The notes beneath the pieces were generated by a model, which worked only from the letters and a program-made list of their open reading frames with translations, did no database searches and had not been told where the DNA came from. This document shows positions 11,979 through 24,164 of a stretch of DNA of 64,000 bases, one piece after another. The position numbers and the translations under genes were made by a program. The stretch is from Diadema setosum (lineage: Eukaryota), in assembly GCF_964275005.1 (NCBI RefSeq), contig NC_092698.1, positions 37,680,597-37,744,596 of the forward strand, written 5' to 3'. Position 1 is the stretch's first letter, and each line of letters begins with the position of its first letter.

Positions 11979-14900
11979 CAATAGACCGCCCCATCTCTGA
12001 TTCTCCCCCAAACAAAGGTCTACTGAATCATCCTTGTTGATCAAATCAATTACGTTATTACCTTATTACCTGCCTTCTCGCATTTTGGCACTAGGGAGTG
12101 AGAAGTGTTTATAAATAAACTTGGATGCAATCACTGGTGGCCACAAACCTACGTGATAGTGATTGATGATCTAGCTGTGTGCTCTGAACTTTCCTGCCTC
12201 CAAATGGACAGTAATGCATTCTGCAACTTATGACCATTTCTGCAGTTTGAGCTAGTTCATGTAGCCAAGCTGTTTAGTTTCAGAAAGCCCACCTGTAATG
12301 GTTCATGGCTGTGCAGAAGACATAGAACATGTAATTAAGATGCAGATTTTCAGATAGTACACAGTATTTGATGATACACTCTGTCATTTTTAGTGAACAG
12401 AAGTTTCAAATGGGAACATATTGTCCTCTTGTCATGTTGCTCATTATTTTGAACAGTACAACAGCTTGCTCGCCTTCTGCAGTATCAACTATAAAAATAA
12501 GGACAAAATGGTTTTGGATTTCTTTCATAACAGCAGCCATTCTAGTCTTCAGTTCTGTTAACTACCCGAGTGAAAAAACAGATTTTTTATTTAGGTATGA
12601 AATTCCCACGCATATTTCTTCTTATTTCTGTGGCATATCCAGGTTCGCTTATCGATAGTTTGAATACATTACTTCTTTAAAAAAAAGGGGAAACTCTAAA
12701 TTCTCATTCATATTATTCATGTATGTATTCCTGCAGCAAGCCACTTTCATAGCGTTAAATTTTTTGCAAAGTATTTGAATTAACTTTCGTTACACATTGC
12801 AGTCTTCTCAGTGAATGGTGTGCTCCTCCAATGGTGATACATATCTCAGTTGAAATGTATGTGACTAAAGCATAAACTAGTTCACCAAATAGTGACATTC
12901 ACAGCCTGAGATGACATGTGACCATCAAGTGGAGGACAATATTAAGAGAAGGTTGCCAGGTTTCAAAAGAGTTTGGAAGATTCATGTTCAACATGACTTT
13001 CAGGGTGACCTGTTTCCAAGGCAAACGTGTGATGAACTCTTACTCGCTGCTCTGAGGACTTCCCCTCCTGACAAAATGTTTGCCCCGCAAGGAATAATTT
13101 CATTTGACATTGTCCAGACATCATGACCGTGTGTCAACAGTCCCATCTATCGTAAACCTTGTTAGCTTAGTTCCTGATGTCTTAATTTTGGTCTGGACAT
13201 CCAAAGATTGGATTTCCTCTATTATCTTGGATGTGTGATGGACAGTATTCTATGGCAGATATTTTCATGTATGCACAGTCATATTGGCCACCACCCCCCC
13301 CCCCTCCATTTTATTGTATTATTTTTGTCTATACCATTATCGTTATCTTTGATTTTTTTTTTCATATTTTACTTTTGCTGTTTGTTCTTTTGGGGTTTCT
13401 TTATGTTTTTGTCTTTTTTGCTGCATGTGATGGTTATGACCTCATGGGTCAACAAGCAGACCTGGGCCATAAACCGATAGTCTTTAGAGAGAAAAAAACC
13501 TGGATAAAAGAGGAAATAATTAAGGAAGGAAACAAGTGCTTAAGGTGTCCAGTGACCCTGAGAAAAGCCCATTAAATCTCCATTTGGCTGGCTAGCTAGA
13601 TGATGAAGGGTCACTTATTTCAAACTGTGATTCATTGGAGTATGATATTTTCTGATGCATTCATCATCTTATGTTTGTTTTTATTTCTGAATTTATTTGA
13701 TGTTTTTTTTTTTTCGTTACAAACACCAATTACATAAATCGCCATGATAAATCTCCTGTTGTATAAAGTAGATACGCATTTATATTTCTTTTTTCTGTTT
13801 TTTCTCTTTTGTTTCTTGTTCTTCATGTTCTTGTTCTTGTTATCCTCTCCTTTGTTTGTATTGTTATTGTTTTTCTTCCTCCTCCTCCTCCTTCTACCCT
13901 ACCTTCTCTCCCACTGTTTTCTCTGCTTTAACAAACCCAATACCTGTATGTTGCTGGTAATACCATAAGTCATCTTCCGTGTGAATTAAGTGTTTTCCTT
14001 TTCTCTTATGTACACACCCACTCTCCTTGCTCTTTGCTCTTGATTTCTTTCCCCCAAAACCTGTCTCATTCTGTGCATTTCATTTTGACTAGTTTGATGC
14101 ATCATAGTTTATCCCTGTTCAAATCATGAATATCACGTTCCTCGCTTTCCCTAGGCAGTTGTTTACTTTTCATAATCTACCATCTCCAGTTTATGTGGAA
14201 ATCGGCAGCAATTCTCAGCATTAGAACCAGGGGCCCTCGTAAGATTCCTTGGAGGGGCTTGCCTGAGCTATTGGCTGTCTAGCACACATGTTCTACGAAG
14301 ACAGATGTCTCGTTACACTTTTTTGGCATTGATCTCCCTGCTGATTCGTGGGCTGTGCAGATCAAACTTTGCTCTAGACGTTTGCTGCCAAATATCATGT
14401 AAAATAAATTGCAAAATATGGTTGAAATTGCAGAAAATACTAAAATTATGCATTGCAGAACTCCAATATCAGTATGGCTAGATATTCCTATCTTACTCTC
14501 TTACTTAATTGTGAATAGGTCATTGCAACAATGAAGTTGCTTTGTTACCGTCTCATGGAGTCTGCATACTAAGACTAGACCTGTTATAGCTTTGTTTGTT
14601 GCTACATCCCCATAGGAAGCCCAATTTAGGTGATTATTCCCTGGTTTAAAGTATGATAATCTGAACATGATGTGTGATCAAAAAGATAAGATTTGGAAAA
14701 GCTTAGTGACTCAAGCTCTTGAGTAAATTTAGGACTTTTTTTGTTGTTGGAATTTTGCCTCTTCTGAATAGAGAGTTGTTCTTAATCCTCCACAAGACTC
14801 TTTCCTTTCTTCCATGAAGATGCTTGCAAGTCTTGTGGTACACCCACATGGCAATGAAAAAGGAGGTAATAATGAACATACTTATTTCTACAAAGTGTTC

Positions 14901-15033
14901 TGTTTGTATTGGCTAGGCTTTAGTGATTGTATTTCAACGCATTATTTTCCTTTGTCTGGTTTTGCTGTTTTTGTTTTGTTTGTGTTTTATTTTGTTTTTG
15001 TCTGTTTGTTTGATTGTTGGTTTTACTGTAAAA

Positions 15034-15237
15034 GTGGATATTTTAGTGCGACTAATTTTTCGCGCTTGGCCGGGCAAGAAGAGTTTCGCTAGTTTTTAAT
15101 TCCGCGGAATCAAGACATCACGCACAGGAACATATGGCAAGCAAAAATATTTGTGTGCTTTTACTTTCGCGCTAGTTTCTGGTTGCGCGAAATGCGCGAA
15201 AATTTCAACACCGCGAAAATTTCCACTTTTACAGTAG
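15034..15237. mobile_element. Family-C MITE (~204 bp), TIR TACTGTAAAAGTGGA
   Basis: The termini tactgtaaaagtggatatttt and aaaatttccacttttacagtag are inverted repeats. Sibling copies are at 22226-22490 and a solo end at 4996-5016. Confidence 0.7.
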
Positions 15238-17918
15238 TCTCTGTTTGGTTGTTTGTTTGTGTCTGTGAGGAAAACCAGAGTGGATAGTGGCTGGTCAGAT
15301 GGAGTCAATGGTGCAGAGGTTTTCTGATCAATGTGTTGTATCTCAAGGATGAAAAGGCTGTATCAACTTCGATCATATGAAAGTTGTCCTTTTGTTGTTG
15401 CAATTTCTCCACTTCTTCTTAAGCAGCTTGATTTAGCTAGCTGGAAGTCCAAATAATGATTGAGAATTTCCTATGCTGGAAAATCTCCTGTTCAAACCTC
15501 CAATCTCATTTGCTTGATCCAAAGAGAGAAATGAATTGTGTAATAACTCTTCTGTGACTTAACCAAGGATATAAAAAGAATTTCCTTCCCTTCCTCCAAA
15601 ATGTCAGAGTGTCTGTGTCAACCAATCCGGGATGTCCGTTCCTGTTTAATTGGTGAATCATTTGTCTGGGCTTGGCAATTTTAGTTTAAACTGGGTCTTT
15701 TGCCTTTGAACTCCACCAGACTACTGGAAGTCATGCTGGGCTTGCCATTTGTCAACCTCCTGTGACCTCTTGTAACATTTTAATTGGTCAGCATTGTCCC
15801 CGTAGACAGGATTCCTCCGCTCTTCCTTCCTCCGATGCAGTCTTCCCCATCGGCTCAGGATGTCATAATCATCACCACCACCAAGGGAGATTTCCTGTGG
15901 ACTTTCCCCATTAGCATAGATGTTGTCGTGATTCGCGAGTCGTATTGGAAGGACAGTAACTCACTATTAGTCAGAATAAGATACAACAAAGACTGGCAGA
16001 GTTAAATGATGATATCCTAAACTGATTTCCTGGTTAAATTAAGAAACATTCTGTGAAAAAGTGCCATCTATGACCAATTGTCACTCCATGTGGCTATTCT
16101 AGGAAAGAATGAAACAAAACAAAACCAAGAAACATCTCAGGGTAAAGAGAAGATGGAAGCTCTTGTGTTATTGACATGGATCTGATCTAGACTTGACATA
16201 GTGCACTGTGAACAGTGAGTGAGAACATTGTGTTTGAGCTGTATGCTTAGATCAACAAATCAAGGGGAAAATAATGGTTAGACAGATGTTGGCAGTAAAT
16301 GGCAAGTCACACAAAAAAGTCTGAAGAGATAGGAGTTGTTTTATCTCCACATTTGTTGAGTGACAGTGAGTGTCGATTTGACAAATTGTCATTACACACT
16401 GTCACTGTATGTCAAACAAATCCAGTATTCAGAAAGGCAGAACTTGATTTCAGCTCAGTGTTTACCTATGTCTGGTTCCCGTGTGCATTGTAAGCTCTCT
16501 TAGCGCCACTGTCTATCTGTAATCCTTTTACACTCTTTGTAAAAGTGGATTCTGAATGTTCTGTGAATTTTGCCTGAATAGTTCTGGAAGAGAAGCTCAT
16601 AATGAGCAAATAGATAGCCAGGGAAAATATAAATCAGCTAGAGGGGTAGTGAATGATTACTTTTTCAACAGTGAAGATGCAGTATGTTGCATAAATGACT
16701 GAGTTTTGGGAATACTAAACAAAGTGCCTGCAAATTTATATTATGAGTTTACTGTTAATCAGATTTACCATGGCAACATTCTCCATTTTCATACTTTTGT
16801 GTTTGCATCATGTTGCCAGCCTTGGGTATACATTTCTTTTTCCCTTTGTGACTAGCAGACAAAATGAAGTCATCTCCCCTTTGGGCCAGAATGAAAACAA
16901 ATACATACATCAAAATATATCACAGGTATAGGAGTGATCTCTGTCTGGTGATTCTGTGTCAGTAAAAGGTTTGTGAATGAAAGATTAGGTGGTAATGATT
17001 TTGAATTGAGGGGAAATGTTTTATTTTCAGGATGGGTGTAGCTTGTGGTTTGCAAATATACGTACTCTCTTCAGTTTGTGGAGAAGATTTTGTGTTAGCT
17101 TAGTTTTGTGGCTGTGCATGTAGAACATGGATTTATGTCATTGGGTTTTAATCAGAATTAGCTTACCCTACCATTATTTGCTATAAATAGGCCTGAGAGT
17201 GCTATATCAGGCAAGACTGATCCACTTGTAATGAGCGAGCTACATGTTTTTTCCTCTTCATTTAACTCTTCCGATCATCTAGAGAGGAGGCAAGGCTTTA
17301 GCAAGATTACAGGCTTGACAGCCTACACCTCCCTTCTCCCACAGTCCTTGTAGGTTTCTAGAGTTCTACTGTGAGCCAACAACAAACTGGTCATTTTTTT
17401 TATTCACTCAATTCCTAGCATGAGCCACCTAGCTCACAGAGACAGAATATGTATAATGAATGTGGAAAGTCAAATTCATTTTCACCCCAAATAGTATGAA
17501 GATAAAATTGTCACGTCATCATGCAATGAGAAATTCTGAAATCTAGAGTGTTTTTGTGTTTGAATGTGGACAAAATTATGAATGTTTGTTGTTGCTCTAT
17601 TTTCTTAAGTTATAAAAACTCACTCAAGCATCTTTTGTTTCTTCTGCTTAAGCTCAGTGAGCACAGTGTGATTTTTGAATTCTTATGGCATGCTTGCACC
17701 CATTGTAGTTAAAATATTATAACTTTCCCTACAGACTTGTTTCTCTTCACAGAAAGCAATGCTGTTTCTGTGCAGGTTCCTTCCTGCTTTAAGGAGACTG
17801 CTGACTCATAAGAGTTTAAAGTGCCCATTTTTTGTTCTGTGTTGGCATGGGGAGCATTGTATATAAACACTTTCAAGATGATTTCTTTTTTTGTCTCTGT
17901 TGTCATTTATCTCTGTAG

Positions 17919-18020
17919 GTCAAGTCGGCTGTGACGCGTCTCGGCACCAACAAACTTCACATCGTGTCTGCTTCCTCCGATGGGACGGTCAAATTTTGGG
18001 ACAAGGCAACTTTCACTCAG
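17919..18020 (+). CDS. WD40-repeat protein, exon (phase 0-0); VKSAVTRLGTNKLHIVSASSDGTVKFWDKATFTQ
   Basis: Acceptor tttatctctgtag ends at 17918. Donor gtaatt at 18021. SASSDGTVKFWD is a canonical end of a WD repeat. It follows a roughly 13-kb intron. Confidence 0.7.
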
Positions 18021-20188
18021 GTAATTTATAAAAATTGGCTTGTGGAGACCTTTTTTATCATAATATCTTTCATTTTCATCGCCATCTTGATGATATTAAT
18101 GCATGATTGGACTCTTCTAATATGTTACCTCACAAGCAGGTAATATCGGTTTCATTCGCAGTATCATATACGATAACCATTCTCCAAATTGTGACCCCCT
18201 CCTTGTTTAATATGAAAGAAAATAAAATGTGCTGTTCCGTGACGGTGATGGAGGGGTGCGGTCACCAAACAGGAGAGCTTCCCCCGTGTCAACACCCACA
18301 CGGAGACCCCTTCCTTCCCCCCCCCCCCCCCCCACGTTAAGAGGACTGACACCGCTTAACCTTGCAGGATCTTTCTATCCAAACAATATCTCAGCGTCAC
18401 CTCACTCATCATAGTCTGTGGGACCCAAGGTTGGGATTCCTCAGGGAACTCGTAGCCAAGACCAAGGTCTGTGGTTACCCCGGGAGCAAAGACCTCTTCT
18501 CAAGATTTTTTCACTCCAAGGAGTCGAAGGGGGAAGTCGATGAGAGTTTTCAATGCCTAACCTGCTAGGTCAGTGTAATTCAGGCATCCCAAACGTGCTC
18601 ACGGAGGCTTGGAAATATTGGCAGACAGGGAATTGTGGTTTCTACCTGTTCTCGATGCTCCATTGTCTCTAGTTTTTAACTCCTGTTAAGGGCATTTTGG
18701 ATATCATACTGCTGTCCAGGATTATTCCGTATTAGGAAGAGTGAGCCTAAAGGGTTTGATTCTTAGGACAGAAATAGGCTTCTTGCTCTTGGCATGTATG
18801 AAAATCGAGGAAAGTAAAATGATAGGAATGCTAACCAGTGATATATTTGGAGCTAGTATCAGATTTGTAGTGTTGTCTTCAGATAGAATGATAAGACTGC
18901 CATGAGAGATGTATTCTCTTCTAGTCACTTACCTTTGGTTCTTCATTTTGCATCCTTTAACTGTAGCTCTGCGCAAACTTCAGCAGTTAGTCATCACTTT
19001 CTCTTCATTTTACACCATACTTGGGGAATTTTATGCCTGTTCCATGAACTTTCCTTTCTTCTATCTGTGATGATGTATCTCTTTCTCCTGTATTCTTTCG
19101 CCTCAACTCTTATGTTCATTCTCCTAATCATGCCCCTCACTCTCTTTCTGTCATTCTTCCCCCCCCCCTCTTTTTTCTCTCCTTTTTTTCACTCTCTCTT
19201 TCTCTTGCTCCCTTTCTTTCTATCCAAACATATGTTTTCAATGTATATGTTCATCAAGAATACCTAAATGACAAGCTACAGTTAGTCCCATGTGCAGAAT
19301 GTGTCATATCAGCTGGAGTGTTAACTGCTCCTGCACTCATCGTGTGAATTCCCCTCCAATGACTGGCATCTCCTAACCTCTTCTGACTGGATGTCAAAGT
19401 AATTCACTCGTCTCCCAAGTCCAAGGTCGCCTAATTCCCGGCATTTGGGTTGCCCTGCGAGTGCACAGAGGCTTGGTGAAGAACACATGCAGCATGGCTG
19501 TAGGGTGGAATGTTGGACCAAATTAGGTCAGTCCATGATCTTCTCTGATTTCCCTCCGACCTTTCTCCATGGAGACAGCCTGGTCTAGAGAGGAAGCCGG
19601 TAGCGTGTCTTCCATTAGGATTTACTCCTAGCTGTCTCTGTCTCTCGGAGACAAACTCCCTCCTCCTTGAAATCCATCAAAAAACTGGATTTAGTAGCAA
19701 TTTTTCTGCTGAGACATTCATATCAATATCCATCCCACGGACCACGGAAAGTCAGCTGTTCATGAAAGTAGAGCTGAGTCAGTGTTATCCAGCCTTACTG
19801 TGTACGTAATGTACATATCATGCAGTTACCTGTTGTTTCGTCATGTAGTGTGATATGAAAATTGAATCAAACCAATCAGATCATAGAATTAGACTTGGTG
19901 AGCCGTACAGGCTTCAGTGATCATATCATGCAAGCCTCCAAAACAGACAAAAAATAACTTTTTAAGCCAAGAACGGTACGTGCACTGTGTCACGTTTATG
20001 TCGAGCAAAGATTGTGATTTTTAGAGCGCGTTACAAGCGAGCCACTGTGGGATTTATGAGCTTTTTCATTTCTCCCTTATCTACAACATTGAGTCATGTC
20101 TACATATAGGTTAGGGAATGTTCTGAGAATGTGACATATCGATGCAGTCCTCTGTGCTAGTCACCATCTTGAAACTATAGTCTTAATA

Positions 20189-20260
20189 TCAGCTTGTTGG
20201 TAATTAAAATACCAGCTTGTAAAATACCAGCTGGTAATTAAAATACCAGCTTGTTGGTAA
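20189..20260. repeat. Three copies of a ~24-bp tandem repeat CCAGCTTGT(TGG)TAATTAAAATA
   Basis: cagcttgttggtaattaaaataccagcttgtaaaataccagctggtaattaaaataccagcttgttggtaag. Confidence 0.8.
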
Positions 20261-20760
20261 GTTTGCATGTTTTTTATTTCAGTACCACAGTGTCAAGTAT
20301 TACCTTGCTATACCTTGTGTTATTTTGGAGTGAAAATCCATTTGCATATAAATATAGCTCACATGATAGCTGCACATCTAACAGCATCAATCATATGACC
20401 TCGTATATTGTGTATAGATAAAAAAATATGAGAATTTGAGGTTCCTGGGAGTGGGATTTTTTATTTACATATATCATTTTATTTGTTATTATTTGGAGTG
20501 CTTTGGTGGGGGGAGGGGGAGGGGGAGGGGACTCTTTTCTTTTTTCCAAGAAATTTCAGAGAGCGATGGCAGGATGGAGGGGAGGGGGGTTTCATTCTGG
20601 ATGTAGAAATCAGTTTATTAAAGCACAATGAAGGATTTTTACGATCATACAGATCTGTATGATTTGATATCGGCCGGAAGATGTCCTAAACTTTCTCAGA
20701 AAGGGAAGAGTGGGGAAAATTTTGCCTTTTCAATGCTGAAGGGAAATTTAGTTTCAGCAG

Positions 20761-21538
20761 TTAAAGGGATCATATAGTTTTGGTTGAGACTTAACTTCAG
20801 GCTTTGATTATTTTTTGGTGAGATAGTGAGAAACCTCTTATGAAATATGAAAGAGCATGTTATTCCATGAGGATTTCAACGTTTATTTCATGAAAATTGA
20901 TTTTGAAATGGCTGAGATATCCAAAACAGAGTGATCCTAATAAAGTGTGGGACCCACACTTTATTACGATCTTTTTGTTTTTATTATTATTATTATTATT
21001 TATTTGGCAATTCAATATACAATACAAGTTGACATAAAATACAAACAGAAAATCGTATTACATGATATGAAAATTGTGGTGGTTCCAGGTGCATGCTGCT
21101 GGTTGCCAGGGGAGGAAAAGGCAAACTTAATCACCGAGTCTCGAGACCTTCCTCCTTGACCAGTGCATGCACCCAGAATCAGCTATATCGATGTAAAACA
21201 GATACAAACATTATCAAATAATACATTATTACACAAAAATGCTCTGAATTCAAACATAAATATGACTAAAATTATAACTGAATATAACCGATGCCCTATC
21301 CTGATCTGATGGTGTAAGCTCATCCAGCAAAACTGGTGATTTGATATTCTTTCAAAAAGAAACTGTTTTACTTTGTTTTTGGATGTTTCAGCTATTCCAA
21401 ACCCGATTTTCATCAAATAAACTTTGAATTCCTCTTAAAATGATATGCTCTGTACTATTTCATAAATGTTTTCTTGGTATCTCGCAAAAAAGTTAAAGCC
21501 CAATTTTCATCTCCACCAGTATTGTACCATCCCTTTAA
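20761..21538. mobile_element. Family-A MITE copy interrupted by a ~385-bp nested insertion (~20975-21360) that begins with an (ATT)n tract
   Basis: The left half (20761-20975) and right half (21361-21538) are collinear with 265-655. The interior has no similarity to the MITE. Confidence 0.7.
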
Positions 21539-22225
21539 AGTGTATTCCTTTTCTGTTCTTACAATACCAAGCACAAACTTTAGACAAACTTGGATGAAAG
21601 CAGGAGAGCATTAATCCCAGTAGTCCAAAACCCTGGAGGAAGCATTGTTCTTTCATTTCTTTCCAAGCTGGCTAGTTTTGTGATGAATAATGTAAACTGC
21701 CATATCTATGTCACTTTCCCCAAACAGGGATTTTAAGTGGTTAAAGCCAAGACCTTCAGGCATTGAGACCTGTAGGAATCTATTAAACAGAGGGCGTAGG
21801 GAAGGGGTTAGACCTGGGATTTTTCCCCCCTACGTCAAGTTAGCGTTGGGCGTGATGGCTGTAAACTCTTCACATGGTTTGTATGCTTGGGCTGAGTTGG
21901 CTGAAAACTGACAAATCCTTCCTGCCCTTCTCCCCTTCATCCTCCATCAATCAGGCCGTGAGCCATTTTTAGCCGATTCTCTCCCGACGCAGCAGATGTG
22001 AAGCAAGCCAAGAATATTCAGGATGACAGAAACAACCATCTTAGAGGGGAACAGCATCTGATCTTGCTTTATATCTTACAGAACAGTAATTTAGGCCCTC
22101 CTTTTGTAATACATGCTTTGAAAAGATCAAGGAGAAACCCACTTTATAAATGGTTTTTTTTTTTCGGTTTGTCTTAGAGAGGAATTCTTGTGTTCAAATC
22201 TTTTTGTTATACAGTTACGGTCATA

Positions 22226-22490
22226 CGCTGCAAAAGTGGATAGTTTCACATGAGTAGTAGTTTTTCATGCTCTACTGAGCAAGATGACTTTGGGTGTTTT
22301 TAATTCCAAGGAATCAAGACATTACATAGTCGTACATATAACAAGCAAAAATATCACATGCTTTTATTTTCATGCTAGTCCTGTTTGTCCCCCAAAAAAT
22401 AATCAATCAATCAATCAATCAATCAATGAAGTAAAATTGAATTAGATTTTAAAAAATGAACACCTCAAAACATTTCCACTTTTACAGTAG
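22226..22490. mobile_element. Family-C MITE copy containing a (CAAT)n microsatellite (22400-22435)
   Basis: The termini ctgcaaaagtggatagttt and catttccacttttacagtag match 15034-15237, as does the shared internal segment ttaattcc[ag][ca]ggaatcaagacat. Confidence 0.65.
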
Positions 22491-23162
22491 TGAAGAGACT
22501 TTTGATTATATATTATCATCCTTTTGATAAAATATGAAACTGAATGACTTTGTTTGTAGTAATTATTAGCTCTCTCCCTCACAAAAAAAAAAAAAATTAG
22601 ATGTTTTTTTTTTCTGCATTAAAGCAGCATACTTTAATGTTGTTATAAAATATAAAAGCATCAGTTTTTAAATAGTATCTGCATGGTAGTACAAGCAACC
22701 TTTTTAGTATGAAGATTTCGACAATATCAGAAGAGAAGGCATTTTTTAAGGAATCCAGAGGCCTTGAAAGAGTGAAGTGCAAGTTTGTGAACTTTTAGCA
22801 CTTTTTTTCCAGTTTTACCCATATGGACCCCACATAATCTCATGCCAGTAAGTGATGATGTATGTTGACATATAACAGTGATGTTTTAGCCTGTTTTCAA
22901 GGTTTTTATCTCTATTCCCTTGAGTAAGAATGCATCTTTTTTTTTTTTAATCATGCCCTGTAACCTCTCATACTCCATTTGTTCTCTTGGAATGATTGAT
23001 GCGTACTTCTAAATTTTCAATTGCTCCAATCAGACAAGAAGATCTCCTCTAAAATTTGCCTGACAGCTGCAAAATAAAAGCTATCACTGATTATTGAGAA
23101 GGATCAAAAAGCTCTCAAGACAACAAGAAGCCAATTTCTTTTAGAGAATACCTCACACACAA

Positions 23163-23198
<36 letters not shown>

Positions 23199-23520
23199 CA
23201 AAATTACCCTATAATGTTCTGTCACTCAGCGATCCTAAAAAGGGTGTCATTATCTGCCTGTGCTTGATGTTCCCTTTTACCCAGAAATTCCAGGGTGGGG
23301 TAGGATATGAGCCGAAGCCCCTCCCCTTCCACCTTTTATGAATTTCAAGGGCAGTGCAAGTGGGATGTAATGGAGCAGACATCTCATAGGCAACGGAGTC
23401 TTGGCTTAAATGGAGCATACATGTAGGGGGCAGATCCAAGGCTGTGTTCACACTACACACTATATCCTGAACTTTGTGTAATAGTGAGTCAGGTTTTGCA
23501 GGTAAAGAAGTGTGTTCAGG

Positions 23521-23614
23521 TTTTAACCCATTGAGGACATTTGATTTTGCTACAACACACATTTCCCATAGACACTTGCCTGAGTATACTCGGGACTCGT
23601 CCTCAATGGGTTAG
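23521..23614. mobile_element. Family-D mini-MITE copy (reverse orientation)
   Basis: Its reverse complement matches 5246-5339 (aagtgtctatgggaaatgtgtgttgtagcaaaatcaa). Confidence 0.55.
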
Positions 23615-23774
23615 TAGAGATAGCAGATCTGTCAGAGGTTCTCTGTCTCGTGTCGCATTACCTTGTGTTTGAGACTCAAGTTCCTTGTAGGTGTTTTTTT
23701 TTTTCTTCTTCTTGATAGTGTATTGACTGGCGCGACATTATTTCAATTTTGTTTTTATGCACGACCATGGGAGT

Positions 23775-24164
23775 TTAAAGGGACTGTACAGTACTGGCTG
23801 AGGTGGGGATTCATGTTTTGAACATTCCTAAGTGAGATAATGAGAAACCTCTTATGAAATATGAAAGAGCATGTAATTTTAAGAAGGATTTGATGTTTAT
23901 TTGATGAAAATTGGTTTTCAAATGGCTGAGATATAAAAAAAAGTGATTATAATAAAAGGCGACAGGCTACGCCTTTTATTAGGATCTCTTTGTTCACCTT
24001 GTTTTTGGATATCTCAGCCATTTCAAAACCGATTTTCATCAAATAAACTTATGATACCTCTTAGAATAGCATGCTCTTTGACAACTCATAGAGTGGTTCT
24101 GAATATCTCGTAAAACGTTAAAAGCTAAATCCTCACCTCAACCAGAACTGTACACACCCTTTAA
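23775..24164. mobile_element. Family-A MITE copy (390 bp), more diverged
   Basis: Collinear with 265-655: gagataatgagaaacctcttatgaaatatgaaagagcatgtaat ... gatgaaaattggttttcaaatggctgagatat ... ccctttaa. Confidence 0.7.

Noticed and set aside
11680-12015. 111-aa minus-strand ORF
   Set aside because: It runs through the (CAGA)n/(CA)n microsatellite (translating as CLSVCLSV...), so it is a low-complexity artefact.
13208-13968. Several 74-114-aa ORFs rich in Phe, Leu and Pro
   Set aside because: The DNA is T-rich low complexity and (CCT)n, with no codon structure or splice context.
18362-18568. Candidate extra exon of the WD40 gene (acceptor-like accttgcag|gatc, 68-aa ORF)
   Set aside because: It has no WD motif and no good donor. 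The direct join from exon 17919-18020 to 41984 is already phase-compatible. I kept it only as a caveat under the gene finding.
18902-19267. 121-aa ORF
   Set aside because: It lies in a pyrimidine-rich low-complexity tract (ctctttct..., poly-C) and translates to an FLS-rich peptide.
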